Source: Limnothrix sp. BL-A-16 (lineage in GTDB: Bacteria; Cyanobacteriota; Cyanobacteriia; CACIAM-69d). Taken from it: DNA of 64,000 bases. Below are positions 1 through 9,666 of this stretch, in pieces. Each line of letters begins with the position of its first letter. Positions within the stretch are counted from its first letter, which is position 1. Location: assembly GCA_041937175.2 (NCBI GenBank), contig CP166615.1:3424001-3488000 (forward strand). Direction: 5' to 3'. The notes beneath the pieces were generated by a model. The model worked only from the letters and a program-made list of their open reading frames with translations, was not told where the DNA came from and made no database searches. A program made the translations under genes and the position numbers.

Positions 1-1762
1 CCGATACCTGTTGATAGCCGATGTAGATGTTGGTGTTGCCGAGGGTGATCTTCGGGCCATTTTTGGCGGCGATCGCGGCTTCCGAATCACCGGGGCTGAA
101 GGCAACGGCACTGGATACGGAGGATTGCACCGGGCCGCCGGTGGGCGTGGTGGTCGCGTTGGGGCCGCTGGCGGCGCTGTCGATGATGCTGATGGTGGCG
201 GTGTTGATGCTGCCCAGTTGCCCGCCCGTGGGGCTGCTGAGGTTGAGTTGGAAGGTTTCCGTTGGCTCGGCCAGGCTGTCAATCAGGATCGGGATCGTGA
301 GGCTGGCGACGCTTTGGCCGGCGGTGAAGGTGAGCTGGCCATTGATGGCGCTGTAGTCGAGACCGGCCAGGGCGGTTCCGTTGCTGGTGGCATAGGTCAC
401 CGACAGGGGTTGGGACAGGTCGCCGGTTCGTCGCACGGGGATGGCCAGAGAGCCGCCGGTTTCGTTGATGCTGTAGCTGCTGCCATCGAGGGAAACGGCG
501 GGGCCGGTGGGGTTCGTGCTGCTGCCGCCGCCGCTGCCGTCGCGGATGGTGAGGGTGGCGGTTGCCCGATCGAGCTGGGCCCCCACGGGATTAGACAACA
601 GCAGGGCCACGGTTTCATCGGTTTCCGTGAGGCGATCGTCTGTTAGGGGAATGGAGATGGTTTTGCGGGTTTCGCCAGGCGCAAAGGCGATCGCGCTGTT
701 CACGGGAGTGAAATCTTGGTTGGGGGTGGCCGTGCCGCTGCCGGTGCTGAAGGTGACCTGGGCGGCGGTTTGCAGGTTGCCGGAACGCTCCAGGGTAATC
801 ACGGCGCTGCGATCTTGCTCGTTGCCCACAAAACCGCCGTTCAGGAAGCGCAGGATCGTGGTGCTGGCGTTCAGGCTTTCTTGGGAGATCACGTTGCTGG
901 CGCTGACGCTATTGGGGTTGATGCCCTTGAGAACGGCCATGTAGCGGCCCGTTGCCCGATCGCGGACGATCGTGTCACCGCTGTTAATGCCAGTACCGGC
1001 CGTGAAGTCCAAATCTTCAAACCGTTGACCGCTGGGGATCACCAGCCGATCGGCTCCTTCCTGCAAAAAATCCAAAATCACATCGGCCGAGGCGATCGAG
1101 CTGCCACCCGTCACCGCACTGATCAAGAACAGATCGGCCCCGGCTCCACCGGTCAGGGTGTCGGCTCCCAAATCTCCCGACAGCACATCATCCCCCAAGT
1201 CCCCCGACAGCAGATCATCGCCCGCACCGCCCCAGAGGGTATCGGCTTCCTTGCCGCCGCGCAGTCGATCGTTGCCCCCATTGCCAAACAGCAAGTCGCG
1301 GCCGCGGTTGCCAGCCAATTGATCATCGCCCGCTAGCCCCTGGATTTGATCATCGCCACTCCAACCCAACAGCAAATCGCGACCAGTGCTCCCCGTGAGC
1401 GAATCGGTTGACTCGCTGCCAAAGTTGAAACGGTTAAACCCGCTGCCCGGTTCGCGCCGTTCCCGAAATCCCGATCGGGCAAAGTGCTCCAGGCCCGAAG
1501 TGAGCTGACCCCGCCCGATCGCCCCTTGCACGTCAGGATTTTGGGCTAAATAATTCGCTTCGTTGTAAAGCGGCAACACCGCTTGCAAAATCTCATAGTC
1601 GCCGCTGGGGCTGCGGCCTTCCTTGAAGCCATGCTGTGAAAAATGCGCAAAGCCCGATCGCAGCAAATTACTGCTTACCGCAAGGCTCACATCGGGATTT
1701 TGGGCTAAATAATCCGCTTCACGATAGGCAAAACTCGCCACCTCAAAACCGGTGAAATCCAT
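1..1762 (-). CDS. Secreted/surface Ca-binding protein (RTX-type GGxGxD repeats + Calx-beta domains); 3' end runs off the window
   Basis: Hand translation from ATG at 1762: MDFTGFEVASFAYREADYLAQNPDV...GGAGDDLLSGDLGDD...GTATPNQDF...TDDRLTETDETV. Open to position 1 and absent from the ORF track because it has no stop in the window. Confidence 0.85.
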   Translation of the reverse strand, partial: MDFTGFEVASFAYREADYLAQNPDVSLAVSSNLLRSGFAHFSQHGFKEGRSPSGDYEILQAVLPLYNEANYLAQNPDVQGAIGRGQLTSGLEHFARSGFRERREPGSGFNRFNFGSESTDSLTGSTGRDLLLGWSGDDQIQGLAGDDQLAGNRGRDLLFGNGGNDRLRGGKEADTLWGGAGDDLLSGDLGDDVLSGDLGADTLTGGAGADLFLISAVTGGSSIASADVILDFLQEGADRLVIPSGQRFEDLDFTAGTGINSGDTIVRDRATGRYMAVLKGINPNSVSASNVISQESLNASTTILRFLNGGFVGNEQDRSAVITLERSGNLQTAAQVTFSTGSGTATPNQDFTPVNSAIAFAPGETRKTISIPLTDDRLTETDETVALLLSNPVGAQLDRATATLTIRDGSGGGSSTNPTGPAVSLDGSSYSINETGGSLAIPVRRTGDLSQPLSVTYATSNGTALAGLDYSAINGQLTFTAGQSVASLTIPILIDSLAEPTETFQLNLSSPTGGQLGSINTATISIIDSAASGPNATTTPTGGPVQSSVSSAVAFSPGDSEAAIAAKNGPKITLGNTNIYIGYQQVS

Positions 1763-2140
1763 AGATCGGCTCCGTCTAGCAAAACTGATTCGCAGGGAAG
1801 GGTAGGAGCTGTCATCGCATTCGCTGAATTCCTGATGCCGGTGCGATCGACCGTGGGCAATGACCGCTGAAACCGGCTGCTCACAAAAGCTCCAGTTCCT
1901 TGTTTCTGGCGATCAGATCATGACAGGATGAGGACTGCGAGGATTTGATGACAGACCCTAACGGTTCTTTTCAAAAATTTTCCTGAGAAACCGGAATTGC
2001 GCTCCGAAACTAGATTGGGTGGGCATTTTGAACATAAAAGAAGTTTCAACAATAATTCAAAAGGGCATTTGATCAGGATATCTGAACAGTCAAAGCGGCC
2101 ATTTTGTGGATTTCATCGATCAACAAAGACAAATGGTTAA

Positions 2141-2271
2141 GAGGATGTTTGAAAAGTATCTTTTGGCCTGTGCCAAACACCAATAGTTGTGGGGGCAAGA
2201 TGCTCAAGCCCCTTGTCTACGTCGATCACTGGAGCGGACAGAGTAGCAATTTTGGCTTTTCAGACATTCTC
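2141..2271. mobile_element. MITE-like element, family 1 (131 bp)
   Basis: Ends GAGGATGTTTGAAAAG ... CTTTTCAGACATTCTC form imperfect TIRs; flanks TAA/TGA; a same-length homologue lies at 10987-11117; internal degenerate REP palindrome. Confidence 0.75.
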
Positions 2272-2429
2272 TGAGAGCCTGTCGATTTTTCGAGATCCTT
2301 TCGAGGCATCGTTGACCAATTTCTGACCCATTTTGGTTGAGCAGAGGCACGCCGATCGACGTGCCCGATCGCTCTGGATTCAAGTGCGAAATTGACGATG
2401 GGCAACTACTCGGCCCACTTCAACCCTGC

Positions 2430-3677
2430 TCAAAGGCCGTTATCACTAATGGTGAGGGTAGCGGTTGCCAAATCTAGCTCGGCCCCAACGGGATTGGACA
2501 GCAGCAGCATTACGGTTTCATTGGGTTCCGTGCGCCGATCGTCCGTTAGCGGAATAGAGATGGTTTTGCGGGTTTCGCCGGCCCCAAAGACGATCGAACC
2601 GGTGATGGGGGTGAAATCTTGGTTGGGGGTAGCTGTGCCGCCGCTGGTGCTGAAGCTCACGCTCACATCCGTTGCTGTGTTCACCGATCGCTCTAGGGTA
2701 ACGGTCGCCTTGCCATCCAGCTCAACGCCCAAAAAATTGCCCTTGCTGAACCGAATCACGGCCGGGGTCGGGGCCAGGCTATCTTGGGACACCACATTGC
2801 TGGCGTTGAAACTATTGGGGCTGACCCCCTTTAAAATCGCCAAATTGCGGCCCGTCGCCCGATCGCGCACGATCGTATCGCCGCTGTTGTTTCCCGTTCC
2901 GGCGATGAAGTCCAAATCTGCAAACCCTTGACCGCTGGGCAGCACCAACTGATCGGCCTCGCTGGTTCGGAAATCCAAAATCAAATCCGCTTGGTCGATC
3001 GTGCCTCCATCCATCGCCATCCCAATCAAAAAGCGATCGGCCCCCAAGCCGCCAGTCAACGTATCAATACCCAACTCGCCCGCGAGCCAATCGTCTCCCA
3101 AATCCCCCAATAACTGATCGTTGCCGCTGCCGCCCCACAGACTATCTGCCCCTTGTCCCCCTTGGATCCAATCATGGCCATCATTGCCCCATAGCTGATC
3201 TCGTCCTCGGTTTCCCAGCAGGCGATCGTCCCCATCCAAGCCGTGTAATTCGTCATCACCGCCCCCGCCTTGAATCCAGTCCCGGCCAATGCCCCCAAGA
3301 ACCAGATCGGCGTTTTCAGTGGTTAGCTCCACACGATAAAAACCATCATTGGCGCTGCGGCGTTCCCTGGTTTCTGGGGCGATCGGGGTGGTTAATCCAC
3401 CGCTGGATGGGGTGATGGGCGTGGTGTCCGAAATTGCAGAACTCGCGACTAAATTGCTCGCTTCCGAATTGAGCAGAAAATCTGCGGCTGAAACCGTCTC
3501 TGAAACTGCGTTGGTACTTCTAAAACTCTGATTTGCGGGGAAACTACTGGATGCCAATTGCCAGAAACCGAATTTTGGTAGATTTTGGCTGGAGGGAAGG
3601 CTGATCTCAAAAGTTTGCGCCCAAGGATCCGACTCTCGACAATCAAAATTTGCCACACCAAACTCGCTAAAGTTCAT
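2430..3677 (-). CDS. RTX-repeat / Calx-beta Ca-binding protein, paralogue of 1-1762
   Basis: GGGGDD/GGSGND nonapeptides and a C-terminal Calx-beta (GTATPNQDF...DDRRTEPNET); near-identical blocks to the downstream gene. Confidence 0.85.
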   Translation of the reverse strand: MNFSEFGVANFDCRESDPWAQTFEISLPSSQNLPKFGFWQLASSSFPANQSFRSTNAVSETVSAADFLLNSEASNLVASSAISDTTPITPSSGGLTTPIAPETRERRSANDGFYRVELTTENADLVLGGIGRDWIQGGGGDDELHGLDGDDRLLGNRGRDQLWGNDGHDWIQGGQGADSLWGGSGNDQLLGDLGDDWLAGELGIDTLTGGLGADRFLIGMAMDGGTIDQADLILDFRTSEADQLVLPSGQGFADLDFIAGTGNNSGDTIVRDRATGRNLAILKGVSPNSFNASNVVSQDSLAPTPAVIRFSKGNFLGVELDGKATVTLERSVNTATDVSVSFSTSGGTATPNQDFTPITGSIVFGAGETRKTISIPLTDDRRTEPNETVMLLLSNPVGAELDLATATLTISDNGL

Positions 3678-4123
3678 GGGAAAACTCCGTCAGTCGTGGC
3701 TGATTTTTAGGGAATATAATTTTTTCTTCAGAAATTCAAAACAAGAACCGGATCTGATAGAGAATTTTCTTTTGTAAAGATCAAGTATTAAATCGAACTC
3801 ATGAAAATTATTTCTAATAAAAGAGGTCTATATTTTGATGAGTTTTAATTATGCAAAATTCATTGACGACTTATCGAAAAGTGCAGTGGATTCAATTGAA
3901 TTCAATCAGTCGCTTGGGTTAATCTTGGAACCTTGCAATTAGATCGGACTGCTGGCCTCGATTGGAAATAATTGAATCAATGGTGGCTTGAGCGCAAAGT
4001 TGGAGCCTTGCAGCAGCCTTGAGCAATCTTTGGGTCAAAATTTTTACCCACGGTGCGTCAAATAGGTTGCTTTGGCTTACGGAAGGGATATTGATAGCCG
4101 GATAGACAAATGCCAAGGCGCGA

Positions 4124-5236
4124 TCAGTCTTCGGGGCGATCGACCTGGCCATGAATTGGCCCCTGAAAGCGCGGCACGAGGGTTAAGGTCAAGATCCGAT
4201 CCTGGATGCGCTGTAGCCCTAATTGCTCGATCGCCCTTTGCCCGATCGCTCCCGGTAGCCCCATCAGCCCCATCTTGAGCACAATTTGCGCCACCAAGGG
4301 CCATTGCTTCAACACCCCTCGATTGCACTGCAAGACTTGCCAGGCGAAGCGAGCGGCGGTTTTGGCGCGGCGCAGTTGGGCGGGGCCATCCAACGCCTTA
4401 AAGAGCAGATATTTGTAGCGGTTGCCCCAAATGAGGGCCCGGTGGGGAGTGAGTTGGTCGGGCGATCGGGCGATCGCCGTTTGCAGAATTTGCCGACTGA
4501 CGCGCTCCTGTCGCCACACGTTTTCCGATGAGGAGGTGGGCCGTTGGCGATAGAACACATGGCATTCGGGCACATGGGCCGCTGGAAACTGCCAAGCCAA
4601 TCGCAACCACAAATCCCAATCTTCTGAGGGAACCAAGTCTGGATTAAAGCCCCCCACTTGGCTCAAGGCCGATCGACTGACCAGCACATTAGACCCGCTG
4701 GAGACAAAATCCGTGACCAACAGGGGCCCATAGATCCAACCGCTGAAAGGGCTGATGACCGGTTGCCCGATCGCCCGGCCCGTGTCATCGGTGAGCTGAG
4801 TCCAACTGTAAACCCAACCGGCGGCGGGGTTGGCCGCCAGGGCCGCCAGTTGGGCCCGCAACTTGTCGGGATGCCAGCGATCGTCCGCATCGATGAATCC
4901 AATCCAGTTCCCCCGCGCCCGAGCGATCCCACGATTCCGGGCGATCGCCTGTCCCCCGTTGGCAAAGGCATAAACCCGAATCCGGCCATCGGCGACCGCC
5001 ATCGATTCAGCCAAGGCCCGGGAGCGATCGTGGCTGCCATCGTCAATGATCAACAGTTCCCAATCGGGTTCCGTTTGGGCCAAAATCGAGGCCACCGTAT
5101 CCGACAGGGTGTCTGCCCCATTGAACACCGGCAGCACGATCGACACCTGCGGCTGGTGGCTGTCCTCGGTGCTGTTGTCCTCGGTGTTGTGGGTTGCGGG
5201 TTTGGTGGCTCCCTTAGCCATAGAACCTGTCGTCAT
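4124..5236 (-). CDS. Glycosyltransferase family 2
   Basis: VSIVLPVFN, IIDDGS, FIDADD, SEDWDLWLRL motifs. Confidence 0.9.
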   Translation of the reverse strand: MTTGSMAKGATKPATHNTEDNSTEDSHQPQVSIVLPVFNGADTLSDTVASILAQTEPDWELLIIDDGSHDRSRALAESMAVADGRIRVYAFANGGQAIARNRGIARARGNWIGFIDADDRWHPDKLRAQLAALAANPAAGWVYSWTQLTDDTGRAIGQPVISPFSGWIYGPLLVTDFVSSGSNVLVSRSALSQVGGFNPDLVPSEDWDLWLRLAWQFPAAHVPECHVFYRQRPTSSSENVWRQERVSRQILQTAIARSPDQLTPHRALIWGNRYKYLLFKALDGPAQLRRAKTAARFAWQVLQCNRGVLKQWPLVAQIVLKMGLMGLPGAIGQRAIEQLGLQRIQDRILTLTLVPRFQGPIHGQVDRPED

Positions 5237-5240
5237 TTTC

Positions 5241-5320
5241 TGGAATCAAGGGACAACGGTTAATTTTTCATCCCCTCATCGTCGTAACAAGGGGCTTAAG
5301 CCCCTTGTCCCCTAGGATCT
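5241..5320 (-). repeat. Partial family-2 MITE with REP-like palindrome ACAAGGGGCTTAAGCCCCTTGT (5287-5308)
   Basis: Reverse complement matches the right half of the elements at 21094-21259 and 24673-24814. Confidence 0.65.
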
Positions 5321-5367
5321 CGTCACGATGACATCAGGGTTGCAGACGATTGAGCACAGGGCATAAC

Positions 5368-6585
5368 CTAGGCGCTGCGGAGGGCCACGATCGGATCCAG
5401 CTTGGCCGCCTGTTGGGCTGGAATTACACCAAAAAAGAGACCAATCCCACCAGAAACACCCACAGCCACCCCGATCGCGGTGCTAGAGGGGGCCGCTTCC
5501 AAGTCCGTGGCCACGCTCACCAAGGCCAAGCCGCCAACCCCAACGGCCGTGCCGATCGCCCCGCCCAAACTGGCCAAAATCGTCGCTTCAATCACAAACT
5601 GCATCAAAATATCCCGCTGGGAAGCCCCGATCGCCTTGCGCAGCCCGATTTCTTGGGTGCGTTCCGCCACCGACACCAACATGATATTGGTGATGCCAAT
5701 GCCACCCACCAGCAGGGAAATACTGGCGATCGCCACCAACATCACCTGCAACGTGCCGGTGATTGCCCCCAGGGTGTTTTGCAAATCCTGCTGGTTACGA
5801 ACGGTGAAATCATCTTCACCCACAATTTTGTGTCGTCGGCGCAGTAGGTTTTCAATCTGGAATTGGGCGGCTCGCATCACCGTTTCATCCCGCGCCGACA
5901 GGGAAATATAACTAACACTGGTTCCATAGGGCGATCGACGACCCACCAACTGGTTCGCCATGGTGCGCAGCGGCAAAAACACGGTCATGTCCATATCCAT
6001 GCCGAAGCTGGATCCCTTGGGCTGCATCACCCCAATCACCTCTGCTCGCAGGTTGCGAACGCGCACGGACTGCCCGATCGGGTCTTGGCCGTTGAACAAT
6101 TGCCGCGCCACCTCAGATCCCAACACCACCACCCGTTGCACCCGTTGGCCATCGAGCTTGGAGATAAACCGGCCCCGATCGACCTGAAAATCGCGCACCT
6201 CGGTGTAGTCCGGCGTGGTGCCAATGACGGTGACGCTAGCGTTGCGGCCCCGGTAGCTCACCACTTCGTTCCCGGTCAGCTCCGGAGCCACTGCCACCAC
6301 GGTGGGTACTTCTGTAGAAATGGCCTCCGCGTCTTCCAGCACCAGGGTTTGTGGGGGCCAAAGGGGCCGCCGATCAGCCTCCGGGCTGCCGGGGCGAATA
6401 AACAATGTATTGGGGCCCAAGGATTGCACCTCGGCGGTCACAAACCGTTGGGCCCCCTCGCCCACCCCGATCGTGGCAATCACCGAAGCATTGCCAATCA
6501 CAATCCCCAGCATGGTGAGGCTGCTGCGCAATTTGTTGGCGGCCAAGGTGGCGATCGCCATTTTGAGGCTTTCCCAGAGGTTCAT
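5368..6585 (-). CDS. MacB/FtsX-family ABC transporter permease
   Basis: NKLRSSLTMLGIVIG; GGIGITNIMLVSVAERTQEIGLRKAIGA; AAKLDPIVALRS. Confidence 0.92.
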   Translation of the reverse strand: MNLWESLKMAIATLAANKLRSSLTMLGIVIGNASVIATIGVGEGAQRFVTAEVQSLGPNTLFIRPGSPEADRRPLWPPQTLVLEDAEAISTEVPTVVAVAPELTGNEVVSYRGRNASVTVIGTTPDYTEVRDFQVDRGRFISKLDGQRVQRVVVLGSEVARQLFNGQDPIGQSVRVRNLRAEVIGVMQPKGSSFGMDMDMTVFLPLRTMANQLVGRRSPYGTSVSYISLSARDETVMRAAQFQIENLLRRRHKIVGEDDFTVRNQQDLQNTLGAITGTLQVMLVAIASISLLVGGIGITNIMLVSVAERTQEIGLRKAIGASQRDILMQFVIEATILASLGGAIGTAVGVGGLALVSVATDLEAAPSSTAIGVAVGVSGGIGLFFGVIPAQQAAKLDPIVALRSA

Positions 6586-6670
6586 CGGTAAGGGCGATCG
6601 GGTGGGCGATCAATGAGGGGACTGGAATTTGCTGTCAGAATTAATCCTAGCGAACTCCAAAAACCCTGCG

Positions 6671-6892
6671 GCGATCGCTGAGCCTAGTAGCACGGCTGTT
6701 TTAATTCGATCGGTCAAGTTCAATGACTGTTGCTGCTACCCGATCGTTAGGCAGACAAGATCTTCAGCCCCCTGTCACCACGACTGACTCCGCAACATTG
6801 ACCCACGTGCTACGAGTTGCGGTCAAAATCCCTTAGATGACGGCATATCCCGCAGTGACAGAAGAACGCCCGTAATACCGGAGTTAGACCGC
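6671..6892 (+). promoter_or_regulatory. Integron-like leader A with attI-like site (core GTTAGAC 6883-6889)
   Basis: 222-bp non-coding block repeated at 10235-10456 (about 30 mismatches by eye, no indels); ends GCCCGTAATACCGGA-GTTAGAC just before a cassette array. Confidence 0.7.
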
Positions 6893-6975
6893 ACATGCTT
6901 GATAACACCCTGCGGAGGGGAGTTATTGTGTACATGCGGTCTAATACATAGTGGGGCTTCAGTAATGGAGGTTCG

Positions 6976-7539
6976 GTGATGGTTAGTGCGTGGAATGAAA
7001 TCATTGCCCATTTGAAACACGAGCGCCTGTTCGAGTCATGTGAACTCAACGCGGGTGCGACATACTCGGAATTGGCACAACTCGAACAGCACATCGGTCA
7101 GTCACTTCCGCAAGAGCTTCATGACTTCTTGTCTGAGCACAACGGACAGAAAGTACATGCCAAGCTCGGTATCTATGTGGGCAGCGAATTGCTATCGACC
7201 GAAAGCATTTGTCAGCAGTGGGACGTTTGGCGCTCTATTGATGAGTCCACAATGAATGATGATTGTGCTGACTTCATGTCATCCAAACCGCCGGGTGCAG
7301 TAAAGCCGATGTACACCAATCGATGCTGGATTCCTATGACGCACGACTACGGCGGCAATCACGTCGGCTTAGACTTCGACCCAGGCCCAACCGGTGTCGT
7401 CGGCCAAGTCATTGCCTACGGACGGGATGAAGATGAGAAACGATTGCTAGCAAATTCATTCAAGGAGTTCCTTCCAATTCTGGTCGCAACGGTGCGAAAT
7501 GAAGACTGGTCTTTCGCCGATGAACTCCGAGGACAGTAG
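6976..7539 (+). CDS. SMI1/KNR4 (SUKH) family protein, gene cassette
   Basis: LNAGAT..ELAQLEQHIGQSLPQELHDFLSEHNGQ; WIPMTHDYGGNHVGLDFDPGPTGVVGQVIAYGRD; followed by attC. Confidence 0.88.
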   Translation: MMVSAWNEIIAHLKHERLFESCELNAGATYSELAQLEQHIGQSLPQELHDFLSEHNGQKVHAKLGIYVGSELLSTESICQQWDVWRSIDESTMNDDCADFMSSKPPGAVKPMYTNRCWIPMTHDYGGNHVGLDFDPGPTGVVGQVIAYGRDEDEKRLLANSFKEFLPILVATVRNEDWSFADELRGQ

Positions 7540-7560
7540 TAAATCGTCGAAACCAATGAC

Positions 7561-7656
7561 ACCCAACCCCTCCGTCAACCGGACCGCCTGCAAGCTGTGC
7601 TTGCAAGTTCGCTCCCGCCGGCCGGCGAAGGTGGAAGGCTACGTCCAACGTTCGCC
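7561..7656 (+). mobile_element. attC site 1
   Basis: R'' ACCCAAC ... TCAACCGGAC ... GGCTACGTCCAAC, R' GTTCGCC; imperfect palindrome just after the stop codon. Confidence 0.8.
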
Positions 7657-7715
7657 CACTAAATCACGGTCGCAATCAGTCGGTCGCCTGTCAATGATGA
7701 ATGATGTGAATACCC

Positions 7716-8156
7716 ATGTCGAAACCGAAACGCAACGATATCAGCATCGGAAAAGATAAATGGATCACGTTCGTTGAACTTGATGGCCAACAGACAAACG
7801 CGATCGAGTTGGACGAGATTCTGAAACCCATCGAACCATTCTTGAACTCGCTGGAAACTGAATGTGTCGCCGCCTGTTGCGGAGTTGATGCATACGCACT
7901 ATGGCCGGAAGACATTGCAGGTGCTGCGAAACAATCAGACATTCCCGACCTGTCGCGGTCGATTGAAACCGTACGACAACACATCATTGATTCGGGCGGG
8001 GATTCATTCGTGAGCCACCGCATGAACAACTTTTTCCACAGGCAGACTCTGTTACAGTTGATCGACCATATCGCTCAGTGCGTCGGTCATGCAGACGACG
8101 TGGGCGAACAAAGCGGTGAACCGGAGCCGCCGATCACGCGGAATTTGAAGTCATAG
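7716..8156 (+). CDS. Hypothetical cassette protein (ECVAACCG motif; DUF6331-like)
   Basis: 146-aa ORF between attC1 and attC2; cassette start GTTCGCCCAC is the reverse complement of its R'' GTGGGCGAAC. Confidence 0.75.
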   Translation: MSKPKRNDISIGKDKWITFVELDGQQTNAIELDEILKPIEPFLNSLETECVAACCGVDAYALWPEDIAGAAKQSDIPDLSRSIETVRQHIIDSGGDSFVSHRMNNFFHRQTLLQLIDHIAQCVGHADDVGEQSGEPEPPITRNLKS

Positions 8157-8193
8157 TTTCTTGGCGGCGGCCCGGTTACCGCAGCCGTTAGCC
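8103..8193 (+). mobile_element. attC site 2
   Basis: GGCGAAC-AAAGCGGTGAACCGGAGCCGCC...GGCGGCGGCCCGGTTACCGCAGCC-GTTAGCC. Confidence 0.9.
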
Positions 8194-8202
8194 GTCAAAT
8201 CC

Positions 8203-8640
8203 ATGAAAGCGATCGAGTACTCAGAAGCGGATAGACAAGGACTCGCACAAGCTCTCATGATTGCGAGATCGGGTGTCCGCTCGCACGTTTCTGAAGGTGA
8301 TGAAAAACTTCTCGGTTTCTTGCTCAGACACGGAGAATGCGATGTCGTGATTTCCGTCCTGCGTATTGAAGTGAGATTTTCATGGCTACAAAAGCGAAAA
8401 CCATCAACTTATTTCGGTGCGCTCGCGCCAGGACTTGTCACCCAATTGATGGAACTGGGGGGCATTGAATCCGTAAAGGATGCAATTGAGTTTACTGTTG
8501 GTCCTGGTAGCACTGGCTCGGATACCTACAAGTTTTTCTTCACCAAGAAATGGGTGCGGCTCACCTGTTCGGACGAAGCAATTCACATTCAAGTGCGCGA
8601 TCAACAACACGATCTGACTGCGCCGCTTCGATATGAATAA
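8203..8640 (+). CDS. Hypothetical cassette protein
   Basis: ATG at 8203 lies just after attC2 (the track's upstream start is inside attC2); no recognisable motif. Confidence 0.65.
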   Translation: MKAIEYSEADRQGLAQALMIARSGVRSHVSEGDEKLLGFLLRHGECDVVISVLRIEVRFSWLQKRKPSTYFGALAPGLVTQLMELGGIESVKDAIEFTVGPGSTGSDTYKFFFTKKWVRLTCSDEAIHIQVRDQQHDLTAPLRYE

Positions 8641-8684
8641 TCCCAGAAGCAAGTGACAACACTGACGCAATAAGACCGAAAGAC

Positions 8685-8775
8685 GGCTAACAAGGCGGCC
8701 AACCTGAGCGGTGGATCGGGCGGATTCTGAAATCAAAGGTTCTCGGTCGCCGCTGGGTTACCTTGGTCGTTAGCC
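8685..8775 (+). mobile_element. attC site 3
   Basis: GGCTAAC-AAGGCGGCCAACCTGAGCGG...CCGCTGGGTTACCTTGGTC-GTTAGCC; GACGGCTAAC complements the cassette start GTTAGCCGTC. Confidence 0.9.
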
Positions 8776-8831
8776 TGCAATCTTAGTTTCTGAATTAGCC
8801 TGAGAATGTAACTCGTGGCGAGGTTAGCAAT

Positions 8832-9653
8832 ATGAGTTTTGATTTCTCCACCGCCTCCGATTCGACAACAGATGCGTTGAGCTATTTTTCTGATCGGGGC
8901 GAAGATTACGAAAAGTACCGCCCGATTTATCCCGCTTCTGTGATCGATACAATTTTGTCAGGCTTGGGAAGTCCGACTCAGATTACTGCTGCTGATGTTG
9001 GCGCAGGAACAGGGATTGGCGCAAGATTGCTGGCAGATCGAGGGATTCAGGTTGTGGCGATCGAACCCAACGAAGACATGAGAACGGCAGCGACCCCGCA
9101 TGAAGGCGTAGAGTTTCTGGTCGGAACTGCCGAACAGACCCCTCTCAAGGATGCCTCAGTCGATTTAGTTACTTCGTTTCAAGCATTCCATTGGTTTGAT
9201 TTTGACAAAAGTCTCCAAGAGTTCCGCCGTATCCTCAAACCCAGTGGACGTTTAGCATTAACATGGAGCTTTTGGGATCAAGATGACCTTGTTTCCAAAG
9301 AATACACCCGCTTGGTTTTTGAAGCATCCAAAGATCGAGAGCACCAATCCCGATCCGAAATGCAACTGGAAACATGGTTCAAGAGCATCAGTTATCAACT
9401 GTTTTGGCAAGGGTTATGGTTGCCTTGCTTCACAAATTTAAAGCGACATCAGTTTGTGTCTAACCAATACTTAGATTCTCTAGGGCTAGTCGGTTTAGCC
9501 CGAAGTCAGGGATTTACAGCGTCTGAAGGAAGAAATTTAGAAAAACTTGTATCAGACTTAGCCGTATTTCATCAACGTTTTTGCGATCACCAAGGTTTGG
9601 TAAGATTAATTTATCGCACACACTTGTATACCGCAACTTCCAACTGTCGTTAA
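8832..9653 (+). CDS. Class I SAM-dependent methyltransferase (cassette)
   Basis: [38 protein letters not shown]. Confidence 0.9.
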   Translation: MSFDFSTASDSTTDALSYFSDRGEDYEKYRPIYPASVIDTILSGLGSPTQITAADVGAGTGIGARLLADRGIQVVAIEPNEDMRTAATPHEGVEFLVGTAEQTPLKDASVDLVTSFQAFHWFDFDKSLQEFRRILKPSGRLALTWSFWDQDDLVSKEYTRLVFEASKDREHQSRSEMQLETWFKSISYQLFWQGLWLPCFTNLKRHQFVSNQYLDSLGLVGLARSQGFTASEGRNLEKLVSDLAVFHQRFCDHQGLVRLIYRTHLYTATSNCR

Positions 9654-9666
9654 AGTACTACTCATT

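Noticed and set aside
6586..6890. intI gene or remnant divergent from the array
   Set aside because: The ABC permease starts 86 bp from leader A, and no tyrosine-recombinase motifs are visible in the nearby ORFs.
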